Below are positions 1 through 10,726 of a DNA stretch of 64,000 bases, piece after piece (within the stretch, counting starts at the first letter, position 1; each line of letters opens with the position of its first letter). Both the position numbers and the translations under genes were made by a program. Source of the stretch: the human T2T-CHM13v2.0 reference genome, Homo sapiens. A model generated the notes under the pieces. It saw nothing but the letters and a program-made list of their open reading frames with translations. It made no database searches and was not told the DNA's origin. The DNA lies in the NCBI RefSeq assembly GCF_009914755.1, contig NC_060932.1. One strand, given 5' to 3'.

Positions 1-108
1 ACTTCAGCTGGGTGCCCTTGGCACCTGGACCTTCTAGAAGCCTGGGGGCTGACTCCAGCTGGGTGCCCTCGGCACCTGGACCTTTCTGGAAGCCTGGGGG
101 CTGACTCC
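1..108. repeat. Tandem repeat, ~51-52 bp unit, 2 copies visible (may continue left of the window)
   Basis: gactccagctgggtgccctcggcacctggacctttctggaagcctgggggct occurs at ~1-50 and 51-102, followed by a partial gactcc. Confidence 0.85.
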
Positions 109-707
109 GGCACCAGACACAGCTGGGGCTCCCCTCCCTCATCCCGCCTCGCACCCTGTCATTGATTCTCCTTTTCATGATCGTGGCACCCACGATGGAA
201 ATGGCATCTCAGCTCCTGCAAGGATCTATACCCCAAAATAGCAAAATAATTCCCATGGTGCGAGAATGCTTCAGGCAGAGGCATGCGGGCTGGGGTTATT
301 GGGGCCATGTTTCCACATGCACCTAATGTATGGACACATCTATTCCTGGGGCCGCCAAATCAATCCATGTGGAAGCCTGGGGAGCTGTGCGTCTCCCATG
401 TGTCAGAGCGTGGAGGGAGCGCCGGGGGTGGGGGGCAGGGGCAGAGGCCCAGATGCTGGGTCCACCATGGAGGCTGCCAGGTGCTGAGGGGGGTCATTAA
501 ATACACCCCCCACACCCCTCACTTGTGTGAAGGTCAGAGGACAAAGGACGGACAAAGGCATCTGGTCACCTCTAAAGGGCCACACAGATGCCTCTCACCC
601 TCACCCCACATCACAAATGAGAAACTGAGGCCCGGTCAGGAAGGCATCAGGTGGACAGGGGCCAGGACCCCATTGCTTCAGGCTCTGTGAGTGGCTCCCT
701 CGTGCCA

Positions 708-1149
708 ACACATGCACACATATGCACACACAGAGACACACATGGACACACACACGTGCACAGACATATGCACACACACACAAACACGCATATACACAGA
801 CATATGGAGACACATGGACACACACACGTGAACACACATGCACACACACAAACGCATATACACAGACACACACACGGAGACACATGGACACACACACAGG
901 CACATACGTGCACAGAGACACACATGGACACACAGGTACACACAGACACCACAATGCAGATATATGCACATGCGCAAGGAACACGTGCATGCACACATAC
1001 ACATGCTCACACACATATGCACACACATGCACACACATGCTCACACATGCTCACATACATATGCACACACACATGCTCACATACATATACACACACACAT
1101 GCTCACACCGAAGCAAGACACACGCAAACACACACAGGCACTTACACAC
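708..1149. repeat. Degenerate (CA)n / CACACATG simple repeat
   Basis: Continuous cacacatg/cacacaga motifs. These produce the His/Thr-rich and Cys/Val-rich ORFs in the track. Confidence 0.95.
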
Positions 1150-2099
1150 CGGGAAGCACTTCTCAGGGGGTTGTGGCATCTCTGCCTCTGGTGGCCTCTC
1201 CTGCAGGGGTCTCCACTTGGTGGTGCTGGGGGCCCCACCTGAGCCCTGGCGAGACCTCGCCTCCCCTCTCCCGGCTACGGGACATGCCAGGGCAGGGTGT
1301 GGCTTGTTCACCGAAGCAAGCCCCAGGGTGGATGCAGGGCTCAGGGAAGCCTCTCCCAAGGGAGCACAGGCAAGCGCCCTCAGTGGGGCACAGCTGGAGC
1401 AGCGCCTCCATGGCCACATGGCTCTGGGGTGAAGCCCGGCTCTTGGGCTGAAGGCCCCTGGTACCTGAGGGCCTCCCATATTCCCATCTGGAAAGTGGGG
1501 TTGGCAATGATGCCCATCTGCACAGCCAAGCCAGTCCAACACCTGGTGCCAAGCTGGCACCAGGCACACGGGCACACAGACCCCAGAGTGGACGGTGGGA
1601 TGTGAGGGGAAGGGGGAAGGACAGGTGACAGCAGAGGCAGGCTCTGAGCCAGAGTCATGCAGGACGCACTGCCCAGCACTCCTTTCCCCGAGCCCTAAAC
1701 AGACTCACAGAAGGTCTCAGCCAAAGGGGCTCTAGAGACCGGGGGGCCCATCTCACAGATGGGGAAACCAAGGCCCAGGGAGAAGAGGTTCATTCAGGAA
1801 TACGCAGCAGATCACAGACCCTCAGAACTCGACGGGCCTCCAGGCTGCTCCCTGCCAGATGGGAACTCGCAGAGCAGCCACGAGACAGCGGAAGGGGCAG
1901 GGGCAGGGGCAGGGGCAGGGTCTGCCGTCTTCCTCTGGGACTCGCCCCATCTTGAGCCGAACAGATGAAACCGTTGACAGTGAAGCCTCGCCTGGGAGGA
2001 CTTCAGCTCACAGCACGTGGGCCGGCCTGAAAGGGAGGACCCAGGGAAGGGGTGCTGGGAGGGCTGGGGACCCGGCAGCTCCTGGCCGGCATCCTCTAT

Positions 2100-2400
2100 G
2101 AACTGCAGCAATTCATTATCCTTCCTCCAGCTGATGAGGATGATCAGGAGGACAATTAGTCTTGGAATTACCGCGGAGGAGACCGTTAAGAGAAAAATAA
2201 ATTAAAAAGAAATCCATTCGAGGTGTAATTGTAATACAGTGTATCATAGTCAATTGAATCACAAATACAAGCTGGTCCCTTGTCGATTGATTTCAGCAAG
2301 TAAACAATTTGGGTATCTAAATTGGAAACTCGCCGGGAAAAGGAGCAATGATTTGGTTAAAGGGAGAACTGAAAACGTCAGGCCAAAAATTGGTTCTAGG
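2100..2400. promoter_or_regulatory. Candidate conserved non-coding element (AT-rich unique island)
   Basis: Non-repetitive AT-rich island in GC-rich DNA, with TAATT, GATTGATT and GTAAACA (forkhead-like) motifs. Conservation was not tested. Confidence 0.4.
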
Positions 2401-2529
2401 TGTCTGGCTGCTACAGGACTGTGCAGGTGACCCTAGATGGGAGGGAGGTCACCAGCTCCTCCCTGCCTGCAGGTCAAGGTCACCCCATCTGGAAGCTACC
2501 TAGACCCCAGCAATGTTACCTGACCTGTG

Positions 2530-2720
2530 ACACCTTTGTTCCTGTGTCCTCCTCTGTGCCGCCCATGGTGAATGTGGCTTCTCTGTCTACATGGATGCAC
2601 TCCCACCACACTGGGAGCTTCTGGGGCACAGGAGTCCTGCTTTACTTCCTATGTTGAGCCCAGGTAGGTGGGGTGGGGGTGCTTAGAAGGCAGCTGTCCA
2701 GAGAGCAAATGAATGAATGG
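2530..2720 (+). mobile_element. Degenerate LINE-2 3' end
   Basis: ctcccaccacactgggagcttctggggcacagg...gtgcttag...aaatgaatgaatg resembles the L2 3' terminus ending in (GAAT)n. Confidence 0.45.
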
Positions 2721-3625
2721 GTGGATATGTGGGGGACAGGTGGCGAAATGAATGAATGAATGCATAGATAGGGGATGGATGGATGGATGAGTGGGTTGGT
2801 GGATGGGTGGATAGATGGGTGGGTGGATGGATGGGAGCTGGATAGGGAATGGATGGGTGGATGGTAGATGAATGGGGGAATTGGATGAATAGATGGATGG
2901 GTGAATGGGGGAAAGATGGGCAAATGTCTGGGGAATGGATGGGTGAATGGATGGATGGGTGGGTAGGGGATGGATAGATGGATGCATAGATGGGGGATGG
3001 ATGGGGATGGATGAGTGGATGGATAGATGGGGCTTGGAGAGATAGATGGACAGGTAGGTGGGTGGGTGGGTGGATGGATGGGGAATGGATGGATAAATGG
3101 GAGATGGAGGGATAGATGGATAAATGGCTAGATGGGGAGGAATGGATGGATACGTGGATGGATAGGCATTGGAGGGATAGATGGGTGGGTGGATGGGTGG
3201 GTGGGTGGGTGGATGGATGGGGAATGGGTGAATAGATAGGGGATGGAAGAATAGATGGCTGAATGGATGGATAGGTGGATGGATGGGGGTTAGAGGGATA
3301 GATGGGTGGGTGGGTGGATTGATGGGGAATGGATGAATGGATGGAAGGATAGATGGATAAATTGATGATGGGGAAGAATGGATGGACAGGTGGATGGATG
3401 GATGGATGGAGGTTAGAGGGATAGATGGGTGGGTGGATGGATGGGGGTATGGGTAGATGGATGGGTAGATGGATGGGGAATGGATGAATAGATGGGGGAT
3501 GGAAGGATAGATGGATAAATGGATGGATGGGGAGGAATGGATAGATAGGTGGATGGATGGATGGGGGTTAGAGGGATAAATGGATGCATGGATGGATGGG
3601 GAATGGGAGGATGGATGGGGGATGG
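2708..3625. repeat. (GGAT/TGGA)n tetranucleotide-type array
   Basis: ~920 bp of ggatggatgg/gatagatgg/gggtgggt variants. Confidence 0.97.
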
Positions 3626-3757
3626 AGAGATGCTTAAACAGACTTAAAAGACTAAGGTATTGACAGCAGGTAGCCATTTCTCCCCCTCTGCAAGAACTTT
3701 GGACCTGAGATTCCAGAGCCCTTTTTAAATCTTCCAACAAGGAAACTATTTTGTAGC

Positions 3758-3781
3758 AAAAAAAAAAAAAAAAAAAAAAAA
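3758..3781. repeat. A24 mononucleotide run
   Basis: 24 consecutive A with no Alu or L1 body immediately upstream. Confidence 0.95.
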
Positions 3782-4040
3782 GCAGAGTCACACCTGAGGC
3801 CTCCAGAATTCCCTGGCTTCCTCCATCACCCTGAAGCAGGTGGCCTCCTGTGCAATGAAGAGGGTGCCTGAAGACCCCAGTTAGAAACAATGCCCCATGC
3901 GGAGGGGGTGCTGTCCTACAGGATGGGGTGTGTGCTGAGAACGAGGGACTTATATCTGGAGCTCCTTCTCCCCCAGGCAGAACCTATGGGGTGGTGTCTC
4001 TCATGGTTACATTCTCCACCAGTTCACATTCCCCTTCTAG

Positions 4041-4800
4041 GGACTGCCCAAGATAATGCCCAGTGCAGGAATGTTTCCACCAGGGGTCACAGGAATGGCT
4101 CTGCTGCCCTGGGGGCTGAGTTGGCCACCTGTCTGGTGCCACCAAGTTAACAAGCAAAGCAGCATGAAGGCAGTGGCTGGGGAATCAACCCTGATTATCA
4201 AGGATAGGAGGCCTGAAGAACCACATGAAGAGAGTGCCCACAACCCAGAGGATCTCCTGGATACAGCTGTGTTACCATGATGTCCAGTGGAAGACACCAC
4301 AACCCCATTCAGGAGGGACCTCCAAGCCTGAAAGCCTCAGAGTGATGGTTTGACTCACACCACCAGTAAAATAACTTCCAACAAGCTGAGCAAGAAGAAA
4401 AGGGGAATTGTGGCAAATTGCATTTTCCGAAAATGGTCACCTTACCACTATTCCATCAAGAGGTGGTGCTATGGTTTGAATGTGTCCCCCAAAGTTCATG
4501 CGCTGAAAACTTTACGTAAACACAAATGCAATAGTGTTGAATGGTGGGACCTTTCAACACTATCGCAAGGGTGATTAGGTGCTGATGGCTCTGCCCTCAT
4601 GAATGGATTGTCATTGTTGAGGGAGTGGGTTCCTGATGAGAGAATGGGTACAGCCTTTCCCTCTTTCTCACATGTGCTCTTGTCCTTCTGCCATAAGATC
4701 ATGGAGCAAGAAGGCTCTTGAAAGATGCCGGTCCCTGGACCTTGGACTTCCCAGCCTCCAGAACTGTAAGAAATAAAACTCTGTTCGATATGAAGTATTC
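4041..4800 (+). ncRNA. Possible terminal exon of a + strand lncRNA convergent with TSNARE1 (LINC00051 is recalled to lie just 3' of TSNARE1)
   Basis: Acceptor-like cattccccttctag| ends at 4040, and AATAAA at 4772-4777 lies inside the MSTD LTR. Identity and exon limits are recollection plus inference. Confidence 0.3.
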
Positions 4801-5160
4801 AGTCTTGGGTATTTGGTTATAGTAGCACAAGCAGACTAAGACAAGCAGAGTCTCCTTCCCCTCCTCTGGAACCTAGGGAGCTTGTGACTGCTCCAACCAA
4901 GAGAATGTGATGGAGGTGATGCCATGTGACTTCTGAGGAGAAGTCATAAAAAGGATGCAGTTTCTGCCTGGCTCACTCTCTTGAAATGCTCCCCCAGGAG
5001 CCAGCTGCCATCTTGTAAGGAAGCCCAATCCACATGGAGAGGAAAAGTGTGGGTGTTGGATCCTCAGCCCCAGCTTAGGTCCCAGCAGACAGCCAGCATC
5101 AACCAGGAAGCATGTGACTGAGTGAGGCTTCAGGTGATTCCAGCCCCAAGCCTTTGAGCC
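4409..5160 (+). mobile_element. MLT1G-like MaLR LTR, interrupted by an MSTD LTR
   Basis: Starts tgtggcaaattgcattttccgaaaatggtc...ccatcaagaggtgg. It resumes after 4843 with agtct...cttgtgactgctccaaccaagagaatg...gtgacttctgagg...agtcataaaaagg, matching the MLT1G/F consensus as recalled. Confidence 0.7.
4467..4843 (+). mobile_element. MSTD-like MaLR solo LTR
   Basis: TGCTATGGTTTGAATGTGTCCCCCAAAGTTCATG start, ggacttcccagcctccagaactgtaagaaataaa core and GACTAAGACA end. Confidence 0.88.
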
Positions 5161-5249
5161 AAACCTGGGGGGCAGGAGGCTGGCAGGGTGAGTAAGACTA
5201 GGGATATGTAGGGCCAAAGGGAAGAGAGGACCCATGTTCCTGCCCTGGT

Positions 5250-5305
5250 CCAGGCCCTGCATTTTCATTTTGCACTGGGACCCCCAAATCCTGTGGCTGC
5301 TGCTG
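5250..5305 (+). mobile_element. MER91A-like hAT DNA transposon fragment
   Basis: ggccctgcattttcattttgcactgggacccccaaatcctgtggctg matches the MER91A end as recalled. Confidence 0.5.
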
Positions 5306-7846
5306 AGCGGAAGGGACTTCTCCAGTGAGCTCCCTCGGCAGATCCATGGCTCAGAGCTCAAGGGGCCCAGCAGTGTCCTGGGGCCCTAAGGCCAGCAGCC
5401 GGGAAGTTCCTGGGCAGTGGGTTCCCCAAGGCACGGTCCCCACAGCTCCCGCATGAGGAGGGTGCCAGGTCCAACCCTCCCACAGCAGCCTGAGCCTCCA
5501 CGCCCTGCAAGCTTGTCCATGTCACCCTCCCGGGCAGGATTTGAGGCAGAGGTGTGTGATCCATGCTGTCTCCATCGTACCAGAGACAGCCAGCAAGGAG
5601 GGCAGGAGAGAGAGGGCCACAGACTCCTGAGCCCTGGCCTGGCACATGATACCCACTGGACAGACACCTCTGGTCCACTGACTATGCACCAACGTCATGT
5701 TCTTTCCATCACCTATCAGGGGAACTTTCCCCAGAAGTTCAACAATTCTGACCTTTGGGTTCCCATAAATTGTGTCCAGCCTGGGAACCAGAAGACCCAT
5801 TTTCATTCGAGCTCTGCCATGGAGGCGCTGTACGACTTTGGGGAAGCCCAGTCTCTCTCTGGGCCTTGGCCTCTCAAGAAGGAGGGGGCTAGTGAAGGTG
5901 CACAGACGCCCTCCCTCAGTGGCCTGCTGCCTCCCGAGGTGCTACTGTGGCACTGCCCTCCCGTCCACCCCTTCTCCTATCCTTTCCTGTCCTGGCACCA
6001 GATGGACACCTGCCAGGTGGGCCTGTCTGGCTGCGGCTGCTTGGCTGGGACAGCGGGCAGGGCTCTCAGCCTCCTGCTGCTCCAGACAGGGGACCTGAAG
6101 GTGACTGTGACCCTTCAGTCCTGAGTGGGGAGGCCGCGTCTGGCCAGGTGGTAGCAGCTGCTGCCAAGGCAGCACTGTCCTGGCTTCCCCTCCTGCTGGC
6201 TCTCAGACTGAACTCCTCACCCCAGAACACCTGCTCCCACCCAGGGCCCACCCCGGGGAAGTGCTGACGGGGCAGGGGCTCAGGGCAGCCAGTCACAGGG
6301 CTGCATTCCACAGTGGGCTGACCTCCCACATAGCCTCCAAGGTCACGCAGCTCACAGAGAGCGAAGGCAGAGCCCCCAGCCTGGTCCTCCCTCCCTGGCA
6401 GCCTGGCTCAGGCATCTCCCTGCAGGCAAGCCCCTCCTCTCCCGGCTCCATTTCCTCATCTGTAAACTGTGCACGTGACCCCGGCCCACGGGCTGTCTCC
6501 CAGCTGCGTAGGAGACAATTGGGTGGTGAGCACCTGGCCCCTCCACCATCAATTCTCGGCCTGCCCTGCCCCCAGAGCCTCCTCCCTCAGCCTCATCATG
6601 AGCCTCCCAGCAAATGCGGCCTGCCTGGACTGAGTCTGGGCTCCTCAGCCTCTGGAGCCCTCACACCTGCAGCCAGGAGGTGCCAAATCCAATTTGCTCC
6701 CTGACACCTCCTCGGACATCCTGGGGCCCGCCTGCTGCAGCAGCAAATCTGAGAAGCAAATCTGCCCAGCTCCCCTACCTATCACTGAGCCCAGCAGTGC
6801 TGCCTCAGTGGTGTGTTTCTCAGGCCCCTGGGAAGAAAATTGTTGAGAAATAGCTTCACAGAATCTCTAAAACCCTGAAGCACCATGTGTGGTGCTGGCT
6901 TTGTGGGGGTTTCAGGCCTTGGCGGAGGGCGTGGGGCAGGGAGAGGCTGGGGCCATCTCCTCCCTCTGCCTGAGCAGGAACCAGCATCTGCAGACCTAGC
7001 TGGATGCGCGTGGAAGGGGGCGCACTGTCTCCTGGGGGGGTCACAGACTCTGCCTGCCCTGCAGGGTCTGTTGTGGGCCCCCACCCTCAGTCCTTGGCTG
7101 AGGAGGGTGCTAGGGACGCCTCAGTGCTGGCCGCTGTGCTGACGCAGCCTGGGGCAGCTGGTGAGACGCTTTGCCCTCAGTGCACTGCCCACCTGGTGCC
7201 CTCTGTGCCACGGTGGGCGGAGCAGCCACTCTGCATGGACCCTCCTGTTCTTGGGGGTCCTACTCCCTACTCCTGGGGGAACAGGTGCAGAGAAGAGGAG
7301 CCTGGGATTGCCATAGAGCAGGCTGTACCCTGCCAGGGACCCCCTTCATGCCCCCAACGTGGAGCTGGGTGGCAAGCAGCAGAGAGGCCACAGCCTGGGA
7401 GCAGCCAGGGCCAAAGCCAGCCCTTTGCTTTCGGAGTGGGAAGCTGAGGTCTCAGGAGGGGCAAGGGCTTGTCCTAGGCCCTCAGGGAGGAAGACAAACG
7501 ACCTCCGCCCATCAAGGGCTCAGTGTGGCATTCCAGGCCACTCAGGCAGCCTCCTCCTCGGGGAAGCCCCTCTTGGTGGGGGCTGGGACAGCCCCAGGCA
7601 AGGAGCAGTGCCCTGGCTCCACGCAGCACCAAGCCAGCTTCCCACCCCTCCACCACAGCAAAGCCCCCAGCATGCCCCTCCCCAGCTGTGAGCACAGGTT
7701 CATGTTCATACACAAGCTCACACACAGCCACACTCACTCCCCAGCAAGCCCCAGCCTGCCGCCTGCAGTCCTGTTGGCCTCCATTCCCATCCACATCCCA
7801 CCCAGGCTTCATCTCAGGGGTCCCTGACAGGTGAAGACAGGCACGT

Positions 7847-8083
7847 GGCTGGATAAGCCACAGCGGTTTATTCGGGTGCTCAGCTGGGGCCGACACAGGG
7901 GCGAGTGGGGTCAGTGCAGGGGAGGACAGCAGGCAGCTGTGAAGCTCTCGGGTCCATTGCAGGCCAGGTGACGGCATCAGCTGACAACGCAGCGGACTCC
8001 ATCAGCTCCCAGCTCCGGGCCAGGAGGGGTGCTCGGGGCTGGAGAGCCCACACCACAGCCAGCTGACGGTTCAGCGGCCGATG
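7847..8083 (-). other. TSNARE1: TSNARE1 terminal exon (3' UTR in the TM isoform)
   Basis: Minus-strand acceptor cctccactttctcatctgcag|CATCGG (AG at 8085-8084). AATAAA at 7872-7867 is followed by CA dinucleotides and a GU-rich tract. The 3' end is approximate. Confidence 0.78.
7867..7872 (-). terminator. Polyadenylation signal AATAAA of TSNARE1
   Basis: TTTATT on the + strand in GC-rich context, ~210 nt downstream of a strong acceptor. Confidence 0.78.
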
Positions 8084-8522
8084 CTGCAGATGAGAAAGTG
8101 GAGGCTCAGTCAGGGCCCTGACCAGGTGACAGGGAGAGCTCAGAGTGCCAGAGGGTGGGGTGGGAAGCACCTGGGCCTGGTCTGGGGGCTGACAGTGTCC
8201 ATGGAGGTAGGGCCCTGAGAGGGGAGTGGCCACCTGCAGCTGCAGGGGCCAGACCAGACTCTCCTGGCCCTGGTCAGGCTCCACGCAGGCCTCGGTCACC
8301 CATCCCCACGCTCAGCACCATCCCCTGCCCTGCACTCCATCCCTGCCCAGTCCATCCTTCCTGGCCGCATCCATGTGCCCAGGCTGCGGACTCCTGCAGC
8401 TAGAGCCTTCCCGAGTCCACCGGAGCTCCCCAGGCCCAGTACAGCAGGCCCTGCCTGGCGCACCCACCGGCCCTCCCTCTCCTGGGCACGCTTCCACCTG
8501 ACTTCCAAGCCCACGAGACGAC

Positions 8523-9035
8523 CCTACCTCTTCCCTGGCCCCTCCCTCTCCCCTCCTCCTCCTTCTCTCCAATCCTTCCCCCTGTCCCTCCCTCTCCTGT
8601 CCCCTCTCCTTCTCTTCCCTCCCTCCCCGCCTTTCTCCAATCCTTCCTCCCCTTCCCTCTCTCCTGCCCGGTCCCTCTCTTCCCTCCCTCCCCCTCCCTC
8701 TCTCCCATCCTTTCTCCTCCCTCTCTCCTCTCCCTCCCCCTCTGCTCCTTCTCTCCAATCCTTCCTCCTCCCCCTCCCTCCTCCTCCCTCTCTCTAATCC
8801 TTCCTCCTCCCCCTCCCTTCCCCCTCCACCTTCCTGTCTCCCCTCCCTCACTCTCCCTCTCTTTTCCCTCCCTCCCCCTCCCCACCTTCTCTCCAATCCT
8901 TCCTTTTCCCCCTCCCTTCCTCTCCCCTCCCTCTCTCCCCTCCCTCCCCTCTTCCTCTCCCCCTTCCCTACCCCCTCCGCCTCCCTCTCTCCCCTCCGAC
9001 TCTGCCCTCCCTCCCCTCCTCTCTAATCCTTCCCT
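8523..9035. repeat. CT-rich polypyrimidine low-complexity tract
   Basis: ~510 bp of almost only C/T, with a recurring ctctccaatccttcc motif. Confidence 0.95.
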
Positions 9036-9611
9036 GCCAGGGAAATCCTGTGCGGACTCCGGGGCTGGGGAGAATGCCCCTCCTCCAGCCCCTCTCCTGG
9101 GGAGCAGGCCACTTGCTCCTGAGGCCCCATCACGTGCCCCTCTAGCCTTGGGCAGATGGCAAGGGGGCAGTTGCTGCTTCTCTGTACTTTTCCATGATGA
9201 CTTTTTTGCAGCAAGCATGTATCATTTTTGCACAACCAATAAATCTACTTTCAAAACAAAAAACTGAAAACCCCTATAAAAGTCCAATAAGGACAAACGC
9301 CAGTTGCCTGGCCGTGGGCAGAGGCAGCTGGAGACAGGGCTGTGGGCGGCAAACTCCCTGCGGCCAGGAGCAAAAGGCCAGGGCCTTCTGGAGGAGCAGA
9401 GGAAGGAGGCAGCTGGGGAGGGGGCCCCTCAGGACTTGGTGGCACACTCACTGCTGGCTCCCCGAAATCCAATTACCACAGGAAGCAGGGAGGCGAGGGG
9501 AGGGTGAGGCTGTGGGCCTGGGCCAGTGAGGGGCCTCTTGGGTGCTGAGCCAGGTGCCCAGCAGGTGGCCCACGTGATGTGCAGGCGGCTCCTGCAGGGC
9601 GGAGCTGAGCC

Positions 9612-9768
9612 AAGGCACCTGGTGCTGTGGGGCTCCCCATCAGAGCCCAGCCCCCCAGGAAGCCCTGGCCTTTCCAGGATTCTCCCCAAAAGGCACCCGG
9701 TGCTGTGGGGCTCCCCATCAGAGCCAGCCCCCCCGGGAAGCCCTGGCCTTTCCAGGATTGTCCCCAAA
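9612..9768. repeat. 78-bp tandem duplication (2 copies)
   Basis: aaggcacc(t/c)ggtgctgtggggctccccatcagagcc...tttccaggatt(c/g)tccccaa starts at 9612 and 9690. Confidence 0.92.
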
Positions 9769-10399
9769 ATGCCAGTCCCTGGAGACACCTGTCCTGCCCC
9801 CAAGGCTTTCCATAGCTGGTATGAGGGGGTCCTCAGGGCTGGCAAGAGGCATGGCCAGGGTCTGAGGGCCTCAGGGCTCAGGGACTGGCCGACTCTGACA
9901 TAGCCAAGGTCCAGGGAGCAGGCGATGACGCTGGGTGCGGCCCGCCTGGCCCTGGGAACCCAGAAAGGAGGATGGGCGGCCACTGCAGGGCTGCAGCTGG
10001 AGTCAGGGCAGACCCCGCTCCCCACCCACAGCTCCAGCCTGGCCCCATCCACACCACAGGGCCTCCCTGGACCCTTCATTCCGCCATGGGGCTCGGCCTT
10101 GGCACATCCAGAATCCCCTTGGGGCTGCCCCACCCCTGCCACCTCCTCTCCCCGCCACCCCGGATTTGGGATGGTGCCTGTCTGTGCCCCACTGCACCCA
10201 GTCCCTGGATCCCTCGGGATAGTTCTCCAGTCATCCCCAAAACTTGGCCCCTCACTTCCTGCCCAGAACTCTGGGCTCTGCCAGGCCCAAGGTCTACCTT
10301 GCGCTGGGCCTGGGCTGTTCCCTCTGCTGGAATGATTTTCCCTGCACCCCACTCTCGGTGAGGCCTGTTTAAAATCACAACCAGCCTCATTCCAGCCCC

Positions 10400-10726
10400 T
10401 GCTACGGTCTGAGTGCTTGTGTTCCTCCAAAACTCAAAGGCGAAAATAACCCCCAGGGTGATGCTGTGAAGGGTGGGGCCTCTGGGAAGTGCCGTGGTCC
10501 TGAGGGTGCAGCCTCCTGGTGGGATCCAGGCCCCAAGAGCTCCCGCCCTCCCTCCGCCACGTGAGGATGTAGGAGAGGTCGCCCTCAGCAGCCCAGAAGG
10601 GCCCTATCAGAACCCAGCCCTGGCGGCACCCTGATCTGGGACTTCCAGCCTCCAGGGCAAAGAGCAGTTTCTTCTGTGGTAGAAGCCACCTGTGGTGCTT
10701 GGTTACAGCAGCTGAGCTGATAAGGA
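10400..10726 (+). mobile_element. MLT1A/A0-like MaLR LTR
   Basis: tgctacggtctgagtgcttgtgttcctccaaaactca start, gcaccctgatctgggacttccagcctccag core and gttacagcagctgagctgataag end. Confidence 0.8.

Noticed and set aside
2100-2400. Initial guess that this is the HMX1 ear enhancer region on 4p16
   Set aside because: The TSNARE1 exon places the window at 8q24.3.
3758-3781. Poly(A) as the tail of a processed pseudogene
   Set aside because: No recognisable retrocopy body or TSD was found upstream.
5417-6124. 235-aa ORF and other 150-370-aa GC-rich ORFs (9429-10430, 15305-16117, 28750-29655, 54227-55351)
   Set aside because: No recognisable domain. Such lengths are expected by chance in GC-rich DNA, and several run through repeats.
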